A stretch of 64,000 nt of DNA from Bacteroidales bacterium (GCA_007118495.1 SKRM01000032.1:34223-98222); one strand, 5' to 3'; positions 1-12,444 are shown, counted from the first letter of the stretch. Numbers and translations are program-made. Notes: generated from the letters alone by a model not told the origin.

Positions 1-1221
1 CTGGAGCCTTCTAACCAACAAGAGGCTTATGATATGGTACATCTGGGCTTTGACCTTTCAGAAAAATACAGAACCCCCGTTATGATAAGGATAACAACCC
101 GTCTGGCACACTCCCGTTCAGGAGTTATCCGCAAAGAAGCCAAAGCACAGAATCAGGTCAGATTGCCGGAAAACCTGAGACAGTTCGTGTTACTACCAGC
201 CATCGCCAGAAAGCAGTATCAGGATCTGCTTAACCTCCAGCCAGATTTTCAGCGCGACTCTGATCAGTCACCATTTAACACATACACAGATGGAAAAGAC
301 AATGGAATAGGTATTGTAGCATGTGGTCTTGCCTATAATTACCTGATGGAAAACTACCCTGACCGGACGCCTCCACACCCGGTGGTAAAAATCTCCCAAT
401 ATCCGCTTCCTGAAAACCACCTGCAAAAACTTTACGATTCCTGCAACGAAATTCTGGTACTGGAAGAAGGATATCCCGTGGTAGAAGAAATGCTTAAGGG
501 CTTTTTTAATTCAGGGAAAAAAATCAGCGGCCGCCTTGACGGCTCCCTGCCGCGCACAGGTGAACTTAACCCGAATATCGTGGGTAAAGCCTTGGGGTTT
601 CCGCAACCTGAGCTGGCAACCATTCCGGAGTTGGTGGCCAAAAGACCACCTTCTCTCTGCAAAGGATGCTCTCACATTGACAGTTTCATCGGTCTGAACG
701 AAGCCATGGAAGATTATGGTAAAGGGCGGGTGTTTTCAGATATTGGATGTTACACATTGAGTGCGCTTCCACCCTATGAATCAATCAACACATGCGTTGA
801 TATGGGAGCTTCCATTACAATGGCCAAAGGAGCAGCAGATGCAGGGTTAGCACCAGCCATCGCAGTGATAGGAGACAGTACCTTTACACATTCGGGTATA
901 ACAGGTCTGCTGGATGCCGTCAATGACAAGGCAAATATCACCGTGATCATTCTCGATAACGCAACCACCGGCATGACTGGTGGCCAGCCTTCATCTGCAT
1001 TCGGAAAGATTGAGGACATTTGCCGGGGCATTGGTGTAGAAGAAGAGCATATCAGGGTTATCAAACCCCTGAAGAAAAATCACGAAGAAAACACCCGCAT
1101 CATGAAAGAGGAGCTGGCTTACGAAGGTGTTTCTGTAATTATACCCCGAAGGGAATGCATCCAGACACTCAATAAGAGAATGAGACAGAAGTTCAAGGAA
1201 AAAGCTGCTTCAACCAAATAA
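1..1221 (+). CDS. iorA: indolepyruvate:ferredoxin oxidoreductase alpha subunit, 5' end cut by window edge
   Basis: Frame 1 is open from nt 1 (LEPSNQQEAYDM...). TPP-binding region GDSTFTHSG...LDNATTGMTGGQ is present. iorB follows 24 nt downstream. Confidence 0.85.
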   Translation: MEPSNQQEAYDMVHLGFDLSEKYRTPVMIRITTRLAHSRSGVIRKEAKAQNQVRLPENLRQFVLLPAIARKQYQDLLNLQPDFQRDSDQSPFNTYTDGKDNGIGIVACGLAYNYLMENYPDRTPPHPVVKISQYPLPENHLQKLYDSCNEILVLEEGYPVVEEMLKGFFNSGKKISGRLDGSLPRTGELNPNIVGKALGFPQPELATIPELVAKRPPSLCKGCSHIDSFIGLNEAMEDYGKGRVFSDIGCYTLSALPPYESINTCVDMGASITMAKGAADAGLAPAIAVIGDSTFTHSGITGLLDAVNDKANITVIILDNATTGMTGGQPSSAFGKIEDICRGIGVEEEHIRVIKPLKKNHEENTRIMKEELAYEGVSVIIPRRECIQTLNKRMRQKFKEKAASTK

Positions 1222-1245
1222 CGAACAGATAAAACATACAACAAT

Positions 1246-1830
1246 ATGAAGAACGATATCATATTAGCAGGCGTGGGCGGACAGGGAATTCTGTCCATTG
1301 CAGCCATCATAGGATATGCCGCAGTTCAGTCAAACCTATACCTGAAGCAGGCCGAAGTTCATGGCATGAGTCAACGTGGAGGAGATGTTCAATCACATCT
1401 GAGGTTATCATCAAAAGAAATATCATCAGACCTGATACCATTCGGAAAAGCCGATATGATCATTTCTGTTGAACCCATGGAATCATTGCGTTATCTGCCC
1501 TATCTGAGTGAAAACGGATGGTTGATAACAAATACCGAACCCTTTGTCAACATCCCTGACTACCCTCCGTTGCAGAAAGTTATGGATGAAATCAAAAAAT
1601 GCCCCAGGCATGTTGCTTTCGACGCCGGAAAAGTAGCAGAAGAACTCGGTTCAAAGAAAGCTGCCAATGTTGTTATTCTGGGTGCAGCTTCCCCATTTCT
1701 GGATATTCCCTTCAGTTTGCTTGAAGACGCTGTAAGCTTTCTGTTCGGGAAAAAAGGAGAAGACCTGGTCAATATGAACCTGGATGCACTAAGAGCTGGC
1801 CGGGAGCTGGCCAACGAGCAAATGCACTGA
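1246..1830 (+). CDS. iorB: indolepyruvate:ferredoxin oxidoreductase beta subunit
   Basis: 194 aa. N-terminus ILAGVGGQGILS...EVHGMSQRGG is typical of the IorB / pyruvate-ferredoxin oxidoreductase gamma family. Adjacent to iorA. Confidence 0.85.
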   Translation: MKNDIILAGVGGQGILSIAAIIGYAAVQSNLYLKQAEVHGMSQRGGDVQSHLRLSSKEISSDLIPFGKADMIISVEPMESLRYLPYLSENGWLITNTEPFVNIPDYPPLQKVMDEIKKCPRHVAFDAGKVAEELGSKKAANVVILGAASPFLDIPFSLLEDAVSFLFGKKGEDLVNMNLDALRAGRELANEQMH

Positions 1831-1889
1831 TTAAACAAAAAAGGCTTTCACACAGTTATATCAGTACCCTAAAATAATCCAACTATACT

Positions 1890-4775
1890 ATGATAACTAA
1901 TAACTTCAACGAACGTCACAACGGCATCAGGAAGCAGGATGAAGCCAGGATGCTTGAAAAAATCGGAATCAAATCATCAGACGAACTGATTGATCAAACC
2001 ATACCGGCCAGTATCCGCCTCAAAAAAGACATGGACCTGCCAGATGGCCTGAACGAGTACGAATATATTCAACATCTGAAATCTCTGGGTTCAAAAAATC
2101 AGCTATACCGGTCATACATCGGCATGGGGTATTACAATACCATTTTACCAGGTGTTATTCAAAGAAACATACTTGAAAATCCTGGTTGGTATACAGCCTA
2201 CACCCCCTATCAGGCTGAAATATCACAAGGACGACTTGAAGCTCTGCTGAATTTCCAGACCGTTATCTCAGACCTGACAGGGCTTGAAATTGCCAATGCA
2301 TCATTGCTTGACGAAGCTACGGCTGCTGCAGAGGCAATGATCATGCTTTTCAATTCAAGACCAAGAGATGCTGTTAAAAAAGGAGTAAACAAATTCTTTG
2401 CATCGTCAAACTGCTTTCCGCAAACACTTGACGTACTCAAAAACAGGGCAGAGCCCCTGGGAATAGAACTTGTTATTGACCACCACGATAAGGTTGAGCT
2501 TGACGAAGCCTATTTTGGCGCACTTCTCCAATATCCCGACGGGAATGGTGCTGCAACACAATATGGACCATTTATGGGAAAAGCCAGCGAGTTGCATATC
2601 CGTGTTGCGGTGGCTGCTGACTTGCTTAGCCTTACCATGCTGACACCTCCGGGTGAATGGGGTGCTGATGTAGTAGTTGGCTCAGCCCAACGTTTTGGTG
2701 TTCCGATGGGTTATGGCGGACCGCATGCAGGCTTTTTTGCTACCAAAGAAGAATTCAAACGTGCCGTACCTGGCCGCATCATTGGTGTGTCTGTTGACAG
2801 AAATGGCAATTATGCCTTGCGTATGGCCCTGCAAACTAGAGAACAGCATATCAAGCGTGAAAAAGCCACATCAAATATATGCACGGCTCAGGCATTGCTT
2901 GCCTCCATGGCTGCTATGTATGCCGTTTATCATGGGCCAAAGGGTCTGAAAAAAATTGCCCGCCACATCAACATCCTGACAGGTGTACTGGCACAGGAGG
3001 CTGAAAAATACGGATACAAGCAATTGAATGCGTATTTCTTTGACACCCTGCTCATTGCCTTGCCTGACAATGTTTACGCCAACCAGGTTCACCAGCTTGC
3101 CACAGAAAAAAAGATGAATTTCAGGCATATTGATGACAAGCATGTGGGGATCAGCCTTGACGAAACCACGTCATTGGGTGATGTCAATGAAATTCTTGAA
3201 ATATTTGCAACCGCAGCAGGAAAATCTTTCCAGGCCTTTGTATGTGTTCCTGAAGAATGCGTCAAAATTACCACCATTCCGGAGGCATTGGCCAGAACAA
3301 GTGATTTTCTTCAACAGCCTTGCTTCAACAGCTACCACTCCGAAACCGAGATGATGCGTTATCTGAAGAAGCTCGAAAACCGTGACCTGGCACTGAACAG
3401 AACCATGATCCCCCTGGGTTCGTGTACCATGAAACTCAATGCCGCTTCAGAACTGTTTGCCCTGAGTTGGCCTGAATTTGCCAACATCCACCCATTTGTT
3501 CCGGATGATCAGGCAGCTGGATATCTCGAACTGATCCGCAACCTTGAACATGACCTTTGTGAGATCACTGGTTTTGCCGGCATTTCATTCATGCCCAATT
3601 CAGGCGCTTCAGGCGAATATACTGGGTTGGCTGTCATACAGGCATACCACAAAAGCCGGGGTGAAGGACACAGGGATGTTACCCTTATTCCCTCTTCTGC
3701 TCACGGAACCAATCCGGCCAGCGCGGTGATGGCAGGCACCAGGGTTGTTGTTGTCAAGTGTGACGAAAACGGCAATATCGATATCGATGATCTGAAAAAG
3801 AAAGCAGAAGCCCACAAAGACAACCTGGCGGCCATCATGGTCACCTATCCTTCAACCCATGGGGTATTTGAAGAAGAGATTCTTGAGGTGACCCGCATCA
3901 TTCATGCACATGGCGGACAAGTATATATGGATGGGGCCAACATGAATGCCCAGGTTGGATATACCAATCCGGCCATCTGTGGCGCAGATGTTTGCCACCT
4001 GAATCTCCATAAAACTTTTGCCATTCCCCATGGAGGTGGCGGCCCGGGTGTTGGACCTATTGGCGTTGCCAAACACCTGCTTCCATTCTTGCCCTCGCAC
4101 ACCATGCACAAAACAGGAGGTGAGCAGGGTATCAACGCAGTTGCTGCAGCACCATACGGAAGTGCATTTATTTTAACCATTACCTATGGCTATATAAAAC
4201 TCATGGGTGGACAGGGACTGAAAGAAGCTACAAAACTGGCCATACTAAGCACAAACTACCTTAAGGTTTCACTTGAAGGTCATTATGAAGTGCTTTATAC
4301 CGGAAAAAATGGCTGGGCGGCGCATGAAATGATTCTTGACTGCAATCCATTCAGACGGGCGGTATCCATTGACGCTATTGATATTGCCAAACGCCTGATG
4401 GACTACGGTTTCCACGCACCAACCGTAGCATTCCCCGTTCCTGGAACATTGATGGTCGAACCCACTGAAAGTGAACCCCTGTCAGAACTTAATCGATTCA
4501 TTGATGCCATGATGGCAATCCGTGAAGAAATCAGAGAAATTGAAGAAGGAAAAGCTGACAAGGGAAACAACGTGATTACCAATGCGCCACACACTGCTGA
4601 GATGGTGATCAGCTCTGATTGGGACAAGCCATACAGCAGAGAAAAGGCTGCCTTTCCACAACCCTGGTCAGCAGAGATCAAGTACTTCCCCCCTGTCACA
4701 AGGATAGACGATGCTTATGGAGACCGGAACCTGATCTGTACCTGTGACCCCATTGAAAGTTATGCACAGGATTAA
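1890..4775 (+). CDS. gcvP: glycine dehydrogenase (decarboxylating), single-chain P protein
   Basis: 961 aa, full-length match by eye to GcvP ([40 protein letters not shown]-Lys region). Confidence 0.95.
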   Translation: MITNNFNERHNGIRKQDEARMLEKIGIKSSDELIDQTIPASIRLKKDMDLPDGLNEYEYIQHLKSLGSKNQLYRSYIGMGYYNTILPGVIQRNILENPGWYTAYTPYQAEISQGRLEALLNFQTVISDLTGLEIANASLLDEATAAAEAMIMLFNSRPRDAVKKGVNKFFASSNCFPQTLDVLKNRAEPLGIELVIDHHDKVELDEAYFGALLQYPDGNGAATQYGPFMGKASELHIRVAVAADLLSLTMLTPPGEWGADVVVGSAQRFGVPMGYGGPHAGFFATKEEFKRAVPGRIIGVSVDRNGNYALRMALQTREQHIKREKATSNICTAQALLASMAAMYAVYHGPKGLKKIARHINILTGVLAQEAEKYGYKQLNAYFFDTLLIALPDNVYANQVHQLATEKKMNFRHIDDKHVGISLDETTSLGDVNEILEIFATAAGKSFQAFVCVPEECVKITTIPEALARTSDFLQQPCFNSYHSETEMMRYLKKLENRDLALNRTMIPLGSCTMKLNAASELFALSWPEFANIHPFVPDDQAAGYLELIRNLEHDLCEITGFAGISFMPNSGASGEYTGLAVIQAYHKSRGEGHRDVTLIPSSAHGTNPASAVMAGTRVVVVKCDENGNIDIDDLKKKAEAHKDNLAAIMVTYPSTHGVFEEEILEVTRIIHAHGGQVYMDGANMNAQVGYTNPAICGADVCHLNLHKTFAIPHGGGGPGVGPIGVAKHLLPFLPSHTMHKTGGEQGINAVAAAPYGSAFILTITYGYIKLMGGQGLKEATKLAILSTNYLKVSLEGHYEVLYTGKNGWAAHEMILDCNPFRRAVSIDAIDIAKRLMDYGFHAPTVAFPVPGTLMVEPTESEPLSELNRFIDAMMAIREEIREIEEGKADKGNNVITNAPHTAEMVISSDWDKPYSREKAAFPQPWSAEIKYFPPVTRIDDAYGDRNLICTCDPIESYAQD

Positions 4776-4813
4776 TTTGCCAGGGCGCACATAATTCATA
4801 CACAACACAGCAG

Positions 4814-4852
4814 AAAAAAGCCGCTTCAGTAACTGAGGCGGCTTTTATTTTT
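4814..4852. terminator. bidirectional rho-independent terminator between convergent gcvP and the acyl-CoA ligase gene
   Basis: A6-AGCCGCTTCA-gtaac-TGAGGCGGCT-T3AT5: a 10-bp stem (one G:U) flanked by an A-run and a T-run. Confidence 0.8.
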
Positions 4853-4864
4853 CCTGGCAATTGA

Positions 4865-6556
4865 TCAATTATCATTCTTTTTCTCAAAGTATAGGAAGCG
4901 TTTGATCTTTTTTGTTGGTGTCTTCTCAAAAGGCTCAGGTTGTTCTTCAATAATTGAAACCCTTGAAAACCTGTTAAGCCTGGCATTGACCTTTTGCTGA
5001 ATTTCACCTAGTCGCTGCCTGACTTTCTCCTGAACCTGATCATACATTTGTCCGGCTGAAGCCTTCAGCTCATGATAGCGCTGGTCAATCTCCTCATAAT
5101 TAAGGTGTACCTTGGCTACAAGCTTACCCCTTAATTCATAAACAAGTGATTCAAGCACATGCTTTTCGCTGTTGATGACTTCTTCGATGTCTTCGGGATA
5201 AATGTTCTCACCCGTTGAACTGATAATGATGTTTTTTAACCTCCCCTTGATGAATACATAACCATCTTCATCAATAAAACCAAGGTCTCCGGTTCTAAAC
5301 CAACCGTCTGAAGTAAATACCTCTTTTGTTAGTTCTGGTTCTTTGTAATAGCCTTGCATCACATTGGGCCCCCGTGTAATGATTTCACCTTCGCCTGTGA
5401 TGGGGTCAGGATCCAATAGTTTAATCTCCTGGCCGGGAAGAGAAAAACCGGTTGACCGGTATTTTGTAAGAGAAGGATTACATCCAGCCAAAAGCGGAGA
5501 TGTTTCGGTTAGTCCGTAGCCTATGGCGTAGGGGAACCGGGCATCGCGCAAAAATTGTTCGGTCTGTGCATTAAGTTTTGAACCACCTATGCCAAAAAAA
5601 TGAAGTTTGCCTCCAAATGCCTTATAGATTTTCTTACCTGCCATCTTGTGGAAAAACTTTCTGACAGATTTTGCACCGGTAAGCAATTTCATAACAGGAC
5701 TTCCACTAAGTTTTGGAAGCACCTTATTCTGGTACACTTTTTCAATGATCAGAGGCACGGTAAGCATCATGGTTGGTTTGATCTGCTGCATGGCTGGCAA
5801 CAACACCGCCGGTGTTGGCAGTTTATCAAGGTAGTATACTGAAGCTCCGTTCATAAAGGGGATTACAAACCCGATGGTACACTCATAGGTATGGGGTAAA
5901 GGCAGCACCGATAAAAGTCTGTCTTCATGATTTACATCCTGAATACCCATGGTATTGATGGCATTGGATATTATATTCCTGTGGCTCAGCATCACGCCCT
6001 TGGGTTTTCCGGTAGTTCCCGAGGTATACAATATGGCGGCCAGATCATCCTCCTGCGGAACAGGGGCTTCCATATCGTTTGGGATGTCGCGGGCCGGATG
6101 CCCCAAAAGGCTTAGTCCCATTTCAAGGCTACCCAGGCTGATCTCTGAAAAATCATCTATCAATATGGCTGACTTCAGGGTATTCGGAAGTTCCTGCTTA
6201 AGCTTGTGCGATTGCTTTTCTGAAACGATAACAGCCCTGGCTTCACTATGCTGCAGTATTTTGGCAATTTCAGCCTCTGTAAAATCGATAAGAATCGGCA
6301 CCACTACAGCACCCATTCCAGTAATAGCCAAATAAGCTATGCCCCAGTTGGGCATATTCTGGCTGAGCAAGGCGACCCTATCTCCCTTACCAACTTCCTG
6401 ATAAACAAGCATGTTTTTAAGTCGGTCAATACTTTGTTTAACCTCATGGTACGTTAAGGGTTCCTGTCCAGCAAAACCCAGGGCCGGGCGGTTTGCAAAA
6501 TTAGATGCGCTCGATTCTAGCAGCGCATTGAAAGTAAGTTTTTCTGGAATGGTCAT
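4865..6556 (-). CDS. long-chain fatty acid-CoA ligase (AMP-dependent synthetase)
   Basis: 563 aa with AMP-binding motifs LYTSGTTGKPKGVMLSHRN, GYGLTETSP, TGDLG. Confidence 0.85.
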   Translation of the reverse strand: MTIPEKLTFNALLESSASNFANRPALGFAGQEPLTYHEVKQSIDRLKNMLVYQEVGKGDRVALLSQNMPNWGIAYLAITGMGAVVVPILIDFTEAEIAKILQHSEARAVIVSEKQSHKLKQELPNTLKSAILIDDFSEISLGSLEMGLSLLGHPARDIPNDMEAPVPQEDDLAAILYTSGTTGKPKGVMLSHRNIISNAINTMGIQDVNHEDRLLSVLPLPHTYECTIGFVIPFMNGASVYYLDKLPTPAVLLPAMQQIKPTMMLTVPLIIEKVYQNKVLPKLSGSPVMKLLTGAKSVRKFFHKMAGKKIYKAFGGKLHFFGIGGSKLNAQTEQFLRDARFPYAIGYGLTETSPLLAGCNPSLTKYRSTGFSLPGQEIKLLDPDPITGEGEIITRGPNVMQGYYKEPELTKEVFTSDGWFRTGDLGFIDEDGYVFIKGRLKNIIISSTGENIYPEDIEEVINSEKHVLESLVYELRGKLVAKVHLNYEEIDQRYHELKASAGQMYDQVQEKVRQRLGEIQQKVNARLNRFSRVSIIEEQPEPFEKTPTKKIKRFLYFEKKNDN

Positions 6557-6574
6557 AAGCTATGTTTCAACTTG

Positions 6575-6582
6575 CAAAGTTA
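6575..6582 (-). promoter_or_regulatory. candidate Bacteroidota -7 promoter box (TAACTTTG on minus strand)
   Basis: Matches TAnnTTTG, 18 nt upstream of the acyl-CoA ligase ATG. Confidence 0.35.
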
Positions 6583-6700
6583 AGCATAAAACCCGACCGG
6601 GCATATGAATATTAAATGAATGTTTCAAAAACTCCACCTAAAGAAGACACAAGGGGGTTGAACACGATCTGACATAAAGGTTAAGGGATGTACATGAAGA

Positions 6701-7645
6701 TCAAGCACGCAACAGTGCATCAAAGTAAGATATGGTTTTCAACAGACCTTCCTTTAAACCGACCGATGCCTTCCACCCCAGTAATTCACTGGCCAAAGAA
6801 GTGTCAGGTCTGCGTTGCAGCGGATCGTTCTCAGGCAATGGTTTATATACGATCTTCGACTTTGAGTTTGTCAGTTCAAGCACCATGGTAGCCAATTCCA
6901 TGATGGTAAACTCCTTTTCATTACCCAGATTTATGGGTCCGGTCAGTTGATCTGGAGTATTCATAAATCCTGTCATTCCTTCAATCAGGTCATCAATATA
7001 CTGAAAGCTGCGTGTTTGTGTACCATCGCCATAAATGGTGATATCTCGGTTATTGAGGGCTTGTGTAATAAAATTTGAAACCACACGGCCATCGTCAATT
7101 TGCATCCTGGGGCCATAGGTATTGAATATCCTGACCACCTTTATACGCACCCTGTTCTGGCGGTGATAATCAAAAAACAGTGTCTCAGCACATCGCTTAC
7201 CCTCATCATAACATGACCGCGGACCGATAGGGTTTACATTTCCCCAGTATGCTTCAGGCTGTGGGTTAACTTGCGGATCTCCATAAACTTCACTTGTGGA
7301 TGCCTGCAGAATTTTGGCCTTAACCCGTTTGGCCAGACCCAGCATATGGATGGCACCCATCACAGAAGTTTTAATGGTCTTGATTGGGTTGTACTGGTAA
7401 TGTACAGGAGATGCAGGACATGCCAGGTTGTATATCTCATCTGTTTCAACAAACAGCTCTTTGGTGATATCATGCCGGATCACCTCAAAACGCCCGTTGT
7501 CAAACAAATGGGCTATGTTCTGCCTCGTACCGGTAAAGTAACTGTCAACACAAAGCACATCATGCCCCTGGTCGAGCAGTTTTTCACATAAATGAGAACC
7601 GATAAAACCAGCTCCACCAGTAACCAGAATCCGTTTCCTGTCCAT
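6701..7645 (-). CDS. UDP-glucuronate decarboxylase (UDP-xylose synthase), SDR family
   Basis: [16 protein letters not shown] Rossmann motif; STSEVYGDP...YDEGKR catalytic Y-x3-K. The start is taken at [11 protein letters not shown]; the ORF could extend to 7660. Confidence 0.8.
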   Translation of the reverse strand: MDRKRILVTGGAGFIGSHLCEKLLDQGHDVLCVDSYFTGTRQNIAHLFDNGRFEVIRHDITKELFVETDEIYNLACPASPVHYQYNPIKTIKTSVMGAIHMLGLAKRVKAKILQASTSEVYGDPQVNPQPEAYWGNVNPIGPRSCYDEGKRCAETLFFDYHRQNRVRIKVVRIFNTYGPRMQIDDGRVVSNFITQALNNRDITIYGDGTQTRSFQYIDDLIEGMTGFMNTPDQLTGPINLGNEKEFTIMELATMVLELTNSKSKIVYKPLPENDPLQRRPDTSLASELLGWKASVGLKEGLLKTISYFDALLRA

Positions 7646-7721
7646 GAGGTAAAGGTACAAGATTTTTCCGTGTGCCAGGCAAGGTCTGACATACGATCAT
7701 TTTAATGCTGACAGTTATGCC

Positions 7722-9914
7722 TTATAAAATGGCATAGGATACTGCAATACCCACGGTGACCACTGAAGCCATAACCATAAGTTTTATGAGGATATTCAAA
7801 CTTGGCCCTGAAGTGTCTTTAAAGGGATCGCCAACTGTATCACCTGTAACTGCAGCTTTATGACTTTCAGAACCTTTCCCGCCATAATGACCTTCTTCAA
7901 TATATTTCTTGGCGTTGTCCCAGGCTCCTCCCGCATTGGCCATGAAGATGGCCAGGGCGAAACCACTCGAAATGGTACCCAGCAGCAATCCGGAAACTCC
8001 GGGAACACCAAATACCAACCCAACCAAAACGGGTATAAGCAAAGCTATCAGTGAAGGGAGCATCATTTCTTGCTGGGCTCCTTTGGTCGAAATGGATACA
8101 CAACGGGCATAATCAGGTTCCGTTGTTCCCTCCATAATGCCAGGCATGGTTGCAAATTGCCGGCGTACCTCATCTACCATTTTCTGGGCTGCGCGGCCAA
8201 CAGCATTCATGGTCAGCCCGCTAAACAAGAAAACCGACATAACCCCAAGCAAGATGCCAACAATCACTTTTGGGTTCATCAGATGTACTTCATAATGATT
8301 TACAAAATCCATAAAAGAAGCATCTATGGCCGGAACTCCGGCAATCAGCTCATTGGGCATGTCAAGGAACTTCACAAACATCATGCGCACCTCTTCAAAA
8401 TAAGAAGCCAGGAGTGCAAGCGCCGTCAGGGCTGCCGATCCAATGGCAAAACCCTTTCCGGTTGCAGCAGTGGTATTGCCAAGTGCATCCAATGCGTCCG
8501 TTCTTTTTCTGACTTCAGGCCCAAGTCCGCTCATCTCTGCATTTCCACCAGCATTGTCTGCAATGGGACCGTATGCATCCGTAGCCAGGGTGATACCCAG
8601 GGTTGCCAGCAATCCCACAGCGGCTATCCCTATGCCATAAAGCCCATAATTCAATTGTTCCACTCCAAAACTAAACTGGGTTGCAAATGAGTATGCCAGG
8701 GTTATGGCCACAACAATAATGAACAATGGCACAGCTGCAGAAATTAGTCCTGTCCCAACTCCACTTATGATAAGGGTTGCTGTGCCTGTCTGACTTGCTG
8801 CTGCAATTCTTCTGGTGGGGAGATAAGCCGAAGCTGTGTAATATTCTGTTGATTGTCCGATGGCAATCCCAGCCAGCAATCCTGTTACTATTGAGCCCCA
8901 AAACCCTAGGTAATTGGGCATCTCAAGCAGGTATAATATAAAAAATGATGCTATTACTATGAATATGGCGCTCATATTGACTCCAAAACCGAGAGAACGT
9001 AATAGTTGTTTTTGTGTAGCACCTTCACGGGTTCTGACCATGAAAACACCAGCAATGGATAAGATCGTACCCACTGCTGCAATCAACATGGGGGCAATGA
9101 CAGCATTTGTCTGTATTTCTGACCCATACCCGATAAAAGCTGCTGCACCCAATAGGGCTGTTGCCAGAATTGAAGCGGCAAATGACTCAAAAAGGTCTGC
9201 ACCCATTCCCGCCACATCACCCACATTGTCACCCACATTATCAGCTATGGTGGCCGGATTCCGGGGATCATCCTCAGGTATGCCCGCCTCAACCTTCCCA
9301 ACCAGATCAGCTCCCACATCAGCAGCCTTGGTATAGATACCCCCACCCACGCGGGCAAAGAGTGCCTGTGTTGAAGCACCCATACCAAAGGTTAACATAA
9401 TGGCTGTAATGGTCATCAGCTTGTAGCCTTCAGCAAACTCCGCAATAAAATGATTGAGTACAATAAACCACAGTGATATATCAAGAAGCACAAGGCCCAC
9501 CACAACCAGGCCCATGACAGCACCACTGCGAAAGGCCAGCCTGAGGCCACTATTGAGCGAAGTGCGACAGGCATTGGCTACCCTGCCTGAAGCATATGTG
9601 GCCGCTTTCATGCCAAAAAAACCGGCAAGCCCTGAAAAAAAACCGCCGGTTATAAATGCAAAAGGGACCCATTTGTTTTGGACCCCAAGACCATACGCAA
9701 GGAAAGAGAACAAGACCGTGATCACTAAAAAGACTACAATCACAACCTTATACTGCTGTCTTAAATATGCTGAGGCACCTTTACGGACATGTTCGGCGAT
9801 TTTACGCATCGTATCCGTACCCTCATCCATGGCCATCATCTGCTTGAAAAAATAATAAGCAAATCCAAGGGCCAAAACCGAACTTATGGGAACTAACCAA
9901 AAAATTGGAGGCAT
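7722..9914 (-). CDS. hppA: membrane-bound proton/sodium-translocating pyrophosphatase
   Basis: 730 aa, polytopic, with signature blocks [29 protein letters not shown] and [16 protein letters not shown]. Confidence 0.95.
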   Translation of the reverse strand: MPPIFWLVPISSVLALGFAYYFFKQMMAMDEGTDTMRKIAEHVRKGASAYLRQQYKVVIVVFLVITVLFSFLAYGLGVQNKWVPFAFITGGFFSGLAGFFGMKAATYASGRVANACRTSLNSGLRLAFRSGAVMGLVVVGLVLLDISLWFIVLNHFIAEFAEGYKLMTITAIMLTFGMGASTQALFARVGGGIYTKAADVGADLVGKVEAGIPEDDPRNPATIADNVGDNVGDVAGMGADLFESFAASILATALLGAAAFIGYGSEIQTNAVIAPMLIAAVGTILSIAGVFMVRTREGATQKQLLRSLGFGVNMSAIFIVIASFFILYLLEMPNYLGFWGSIVTGLLAGIAIGQSTEYYTASAYLPTRRIAAASQTGTATLIISGVGTGLISAAVPLFIIVVAITLAYSFATQFSFGVEQLNYGLYGIGIAAVGLLATLGITLATDAYGPIADNAGGNAEMSGLGPEVRKRTDALDALGNTTAATGKGFAIGSAALTALALLASYFEEVRMMFVKFLDMPNELIAGVPAIDASFMDFVNHYEVHLMNPKVIVGILLGVMSVFLFSGLTMNAVGRAAQKMVDEVRRQFATMPGIMEGTTEPDYARCVSISTKGAQQEMMLPSLIALLIPVLVGLVFGVPGVSGLLLGTISSGFALAIFMANAGGAWDNAKKYIEEGHYGGKGSESHKAAVTGDTVGDPFKDTSGPSLNILIKLMVMASVVTVGIAVSYAIL

Positions 9915-9966
9915 TTTTTAATATTTTATAGAAGTAACTAATTAAAGAAGTTTTTCTTGAATGGGG

Positions 9967-9974
9967 CAAATTTA
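9967..9974 (-). promoter_or_regulatory. candidate -7 promoter box (TAAATTTG on minus strand) for hppA
   Basis: Matches TAnnTTTG, 53 nt upstream of the hppA ATG, in an AT-rich divergent intergenic region. Confidence 0.35.
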
Positions 9975-10211
9975 ATTATTTATTCAAAGTATGTGTGACA
10001 TAATCTCATTTTTCAAAAAAAATATTTCAAAGTGTCTGTGCAGGGCGCCTGTCATAAAAAATCATGTGTTCATGTATATGTTTTCGGTTTTTTATGAAAA
10101 CAGCAACGATCCCTCCTGAAAAAACCACATAGACTGGTTTATACATTTCTTTTTACACATCACAGTTCATTTCATTCATCTCTGTATAATTTGTGCGTAA
10201 AAAATTTCATG

Positions 10212-10219
10212 TATATTTG
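10212..10219 (+). promoter_or_regulatory. candidate -7 promoter box (TATATTTG)
   Basis: Matches TAnnTTTG, 59 nt upstream of the ATG at 10278. Confidence 0.35.
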
Positions 10220-10277
10220 TGAATGAAGGCAACGCCGAAACGGGCTTATGCATTGATTCTTACACGAGGATGTTCAA

Positions 10278-10880
10278 ATGAAGAAAATCAAGCTTGAGAT
10301 TCTGGGCATATCTTACAGTCAGTCACAATCAGGTGCATATGCACTGATTTTTGGTGAAGAAGGGCAAAAACGGAGGCTTCCCATCATTATTGGCAGTTTT
10401 GAAGCCCAGGCCATTGCCATCGAACTGGAGAAGATGAAACCCAGCCGTCCACTTACCCACGACCTTTTCAGAAATTTTGCACAAACTTTTAATATAGCCG
10501 TAACAGAGGTGATCATTTACAAGTTTAGCGAAGGCATATTCTTTGCCAAGCTTATTTGTTTTGACGGAATCAAAGAGGTAGAGATTGATTCCCGCACCTC
10601 AGATGCCGTGGCCATTGCAGTAAGATTTCAGTGTCCGATATACACCTACGAAAGCATCCTGAATGCCGCTGGTATTGAGATGCAAGAGGGCAGTGACCCG
10701 GTCGGGACAACCACTGAACCCACCGCTTCAAAAAAACCAACAAAAAAGGGAAAACCTGACAATTACAGCCACATGACCCTCAAAGAGCTAGAAAAGAAGC
10801 TCATGGAGGCAATTGACGCTGAGGCTTATGAAAAAGCCTCTGTTATTCGCGATGAAATCAATAAACGCAAAAAGAAATAA
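10278..10880 (+). CDS. bifunctional nuclease (DUF151-like) domain protein with C-terminal UVR motif
   Basis: 200 aa. The N-terminal LPIIIGSFEAQAIAIELE...RPLTHDL pattern is typical of the BFN domain. The C-terminal LEKKLMEAIDAEAYEKASVIRDEINKRK resembles a UvrB/UvrC UVR helix. Confidence 0.7.
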   Translation: MKKIKLEILGISYSQSQSGAYALIFGEEGQKRRLPIIIGSFEAQAIAIELEKMKPSRPLTHDLFRNFAQTFNIAVTEVIIYKFSEGIFFAKLICFDGIKEVEIDSRTSDAVAIAVRFQCPIYTYESILNAAGIEMQEGSDPVGTTTEPTASKKPTKKGKPDNYSHMTLKELEKKLMEAIDAEAYEKASVIRDEINKRKKK

Positions 10881-10932
10881 TCGCCATGGGCTGCGATTGA
10901 TCCCTTGTCCTATCCAACTAACTACCAAAACA

Positions 10933-12444
10933 ATGAATAGAAAGAATCTATCTTTTAAATGGCGGTTGCTTTTTCTTTTACCGTTGTTTATACTCCTGAC
11001 AGCAGGTTCAGCCATTGCACAGGAGTGGCCGGCCGACGTGCCTGACACAATCTTGCAAGATCATTATCAACATCAGGACGCAGAGGTGTATGCCACTGAC
11101 GACAATGAAGAAACAGCCTTGCAACAGGAGCTCGTTGAAACAGTAAGCTATTCATTCGGCATCACTTCTATTTTAAGGGGACTGCTGGGCATGTTTGTAC
11201 TGATTGGCATCGCCTGGATGTTTAGCTCAAACCGAAAGGCCATATCCTGGAGGTTGGTCGGCATAGGGCTCGGGGTGCAGATATTGCTGGCCATCGGCGT
11301 ACTTCAGGTTCCTCCCGTTCAATACTTTTTTGAGATCGTGGGGTCTGTTTTTGTAGTCATCCTCGATTTCACCAAGGCTGGTTCAGAGTTTCTGTTTGGA
11401 GATTTTCTGGATGTTGAGACTTTTGGTTTTATTTTCGCCTTTCAGGTATTACCAACAATCATATTTTTTTCTGCACTGACAAGTCTGCTGTTTTATTTGG
11501 GCATCATACAGAAGATTGTATACGGTCTGGCCTGGCTTATGACAAGAGCCATGAGGCTCTCAGGAGCTGAAAGCCTCTCAGTGGCAGGTAATATATTTCT
11601 TGGCCAGACTGAATCTCCACTTCTGATAAAAGCTTACCTGCCCAATATGACACGTTCTGAAATCCTTCTTGTGATGACCGGAGGTATGGCCACCATGGCC
11701 GGAGGCGTATTGGCTGCCTATATAAGTTTTCTGGGCGGTGATGATCCTGTGCAACGTCTGATCTTCGCCCAGCATTTGCTGGCGGCATCCATCATGGCTG
11801 CTCCTGGTGCTGTGGTGATTACCAAAATCATTTATCCACAGACCGAAGAGATAGATAAAACCATGGAGATATCCCGCGACAGAATAGGAGATAACATTCT
11901 CGACTCCATCACCAACGGAACTGGCGAGGGACTCAGGCTTGCAGCCAACGTAGCAGCCATGTTGCTGGTATTCATTGCATTTATTGCCATGTTCAACTTC
12001 ATTGTTGGGCGTGTTGGTGATCTGGCCAATCTGAACCCGTGGATCACACAGGTTACTGATGGCCGGTATGACAGTTTGTCTCTTGAATTTATTCTGGGCT
12101 ATACCTTTGCACCCATCATGTGGCTCATTGGGGTAAGCTTGCCTGACATAACGCTCGTGGGGCGTTTGCTGGGAGAAAAGATCATTTTGACAGAATTTAT
12201 CGGCTATATAAGCCTGGCCGAACTAAAAGACACCAATGCCTTTGCTGATCCGAAATCAGTTATTATGGCCACATACCTTCTTTGCGGATTTGCCAATTTT
12301 GCAAGCATAGGTATTCAGATCGGGGGGATTGGTTCTCTGGCCCCAACCAGAAGGGTGCTGCTTTCACAGTTTGGGATGCGTGCCTTATTGGGCGGAACTT
12401 TGGCCGGGTTGATGAGTGCAACCATTGTGGGGATGATCTTATGA
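10933..12444 (+). CDS. nupC: NupC-family concentrative nucleoside transporter with signal peptide and acidic N-terminal extension
   Basis: The start is taken at [10 protein letters not shown]... (signal-peptide-like). The ORF-track start at 10813 would overlap the upstream gene. Polytopic core with [12 protein letters not shown] and [16 protein letters not shown] blocks. Confidence 0.8.
   Translation: MNRKNLSFKWRLLFLLPLFILLTAGSAIAQEWPADVPDTILQDHYQHQDAEVYATDDNEETALQQELVETVSYSFGITSILRGLLGMFVLIGIAWMFSSNRKAISWRLVGIGLGVQILLAIGVLQVPPVQYFFEIVGSVFVVILDFTKAGSEFLFGDFLDVETFGFIFAFQVLPTIIFFSALTSLLFYLGIIQKIVYGLAWLMTRAMRLSGAESLSVAGNIFLGQTESPLLIKAYLPNMTRSEILLVMTGGMATMAGGVLAAYISFLGGDDPVQRLIFAQHLLAASIMAAPGAVVITKIIYPQTEEIDKTMEISRDRIGDNILDSITNGTGEGLRLAANVAAMLLVFIAFIAMFNFIVGRVGDLANLNPWITQVTDGRYDSLSLEFILGYTFAPIMWLIGVSLPDITLVGRLLGEKIILTEFIGYISLAELKDTNAFADPKSVIMATYLLCGFANFASIGIQIGGIGSLAPTRRVLLSQFGMRALLGGTLAGLMSATIVGMIL

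Noticed and set aside
1831-1889. Possible glycine riboswitch upstream of gcvP
   Set aside because: Only 59 nt of spacer, too short for a glycine riboswitch aptamer, and no conserved core seen.
8070-9855. Several plus-strand ORFs (206, 140, 133 and 79 aa) opposite hppA
   Set aside because: All are nested antisense to a full-length, motif-complete pyrophosphatase gene. Their translations are compositionally odd (Cys/His/Pro-rich) and unrecognisable.
10813-10932. N-terminal extensions offered by the ORF track for nupC (10813), thyA (12282), rplU (45380), rpmB (27021), rpsF (62994), susC (59279) and the exported protein (15107)
   Set aside because: The extensions overlap upstream genes or add non-conserved residues ahead of canonical N-termini or signal peptides. 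Internal ATGs giving family-typical N-termini were preferred.
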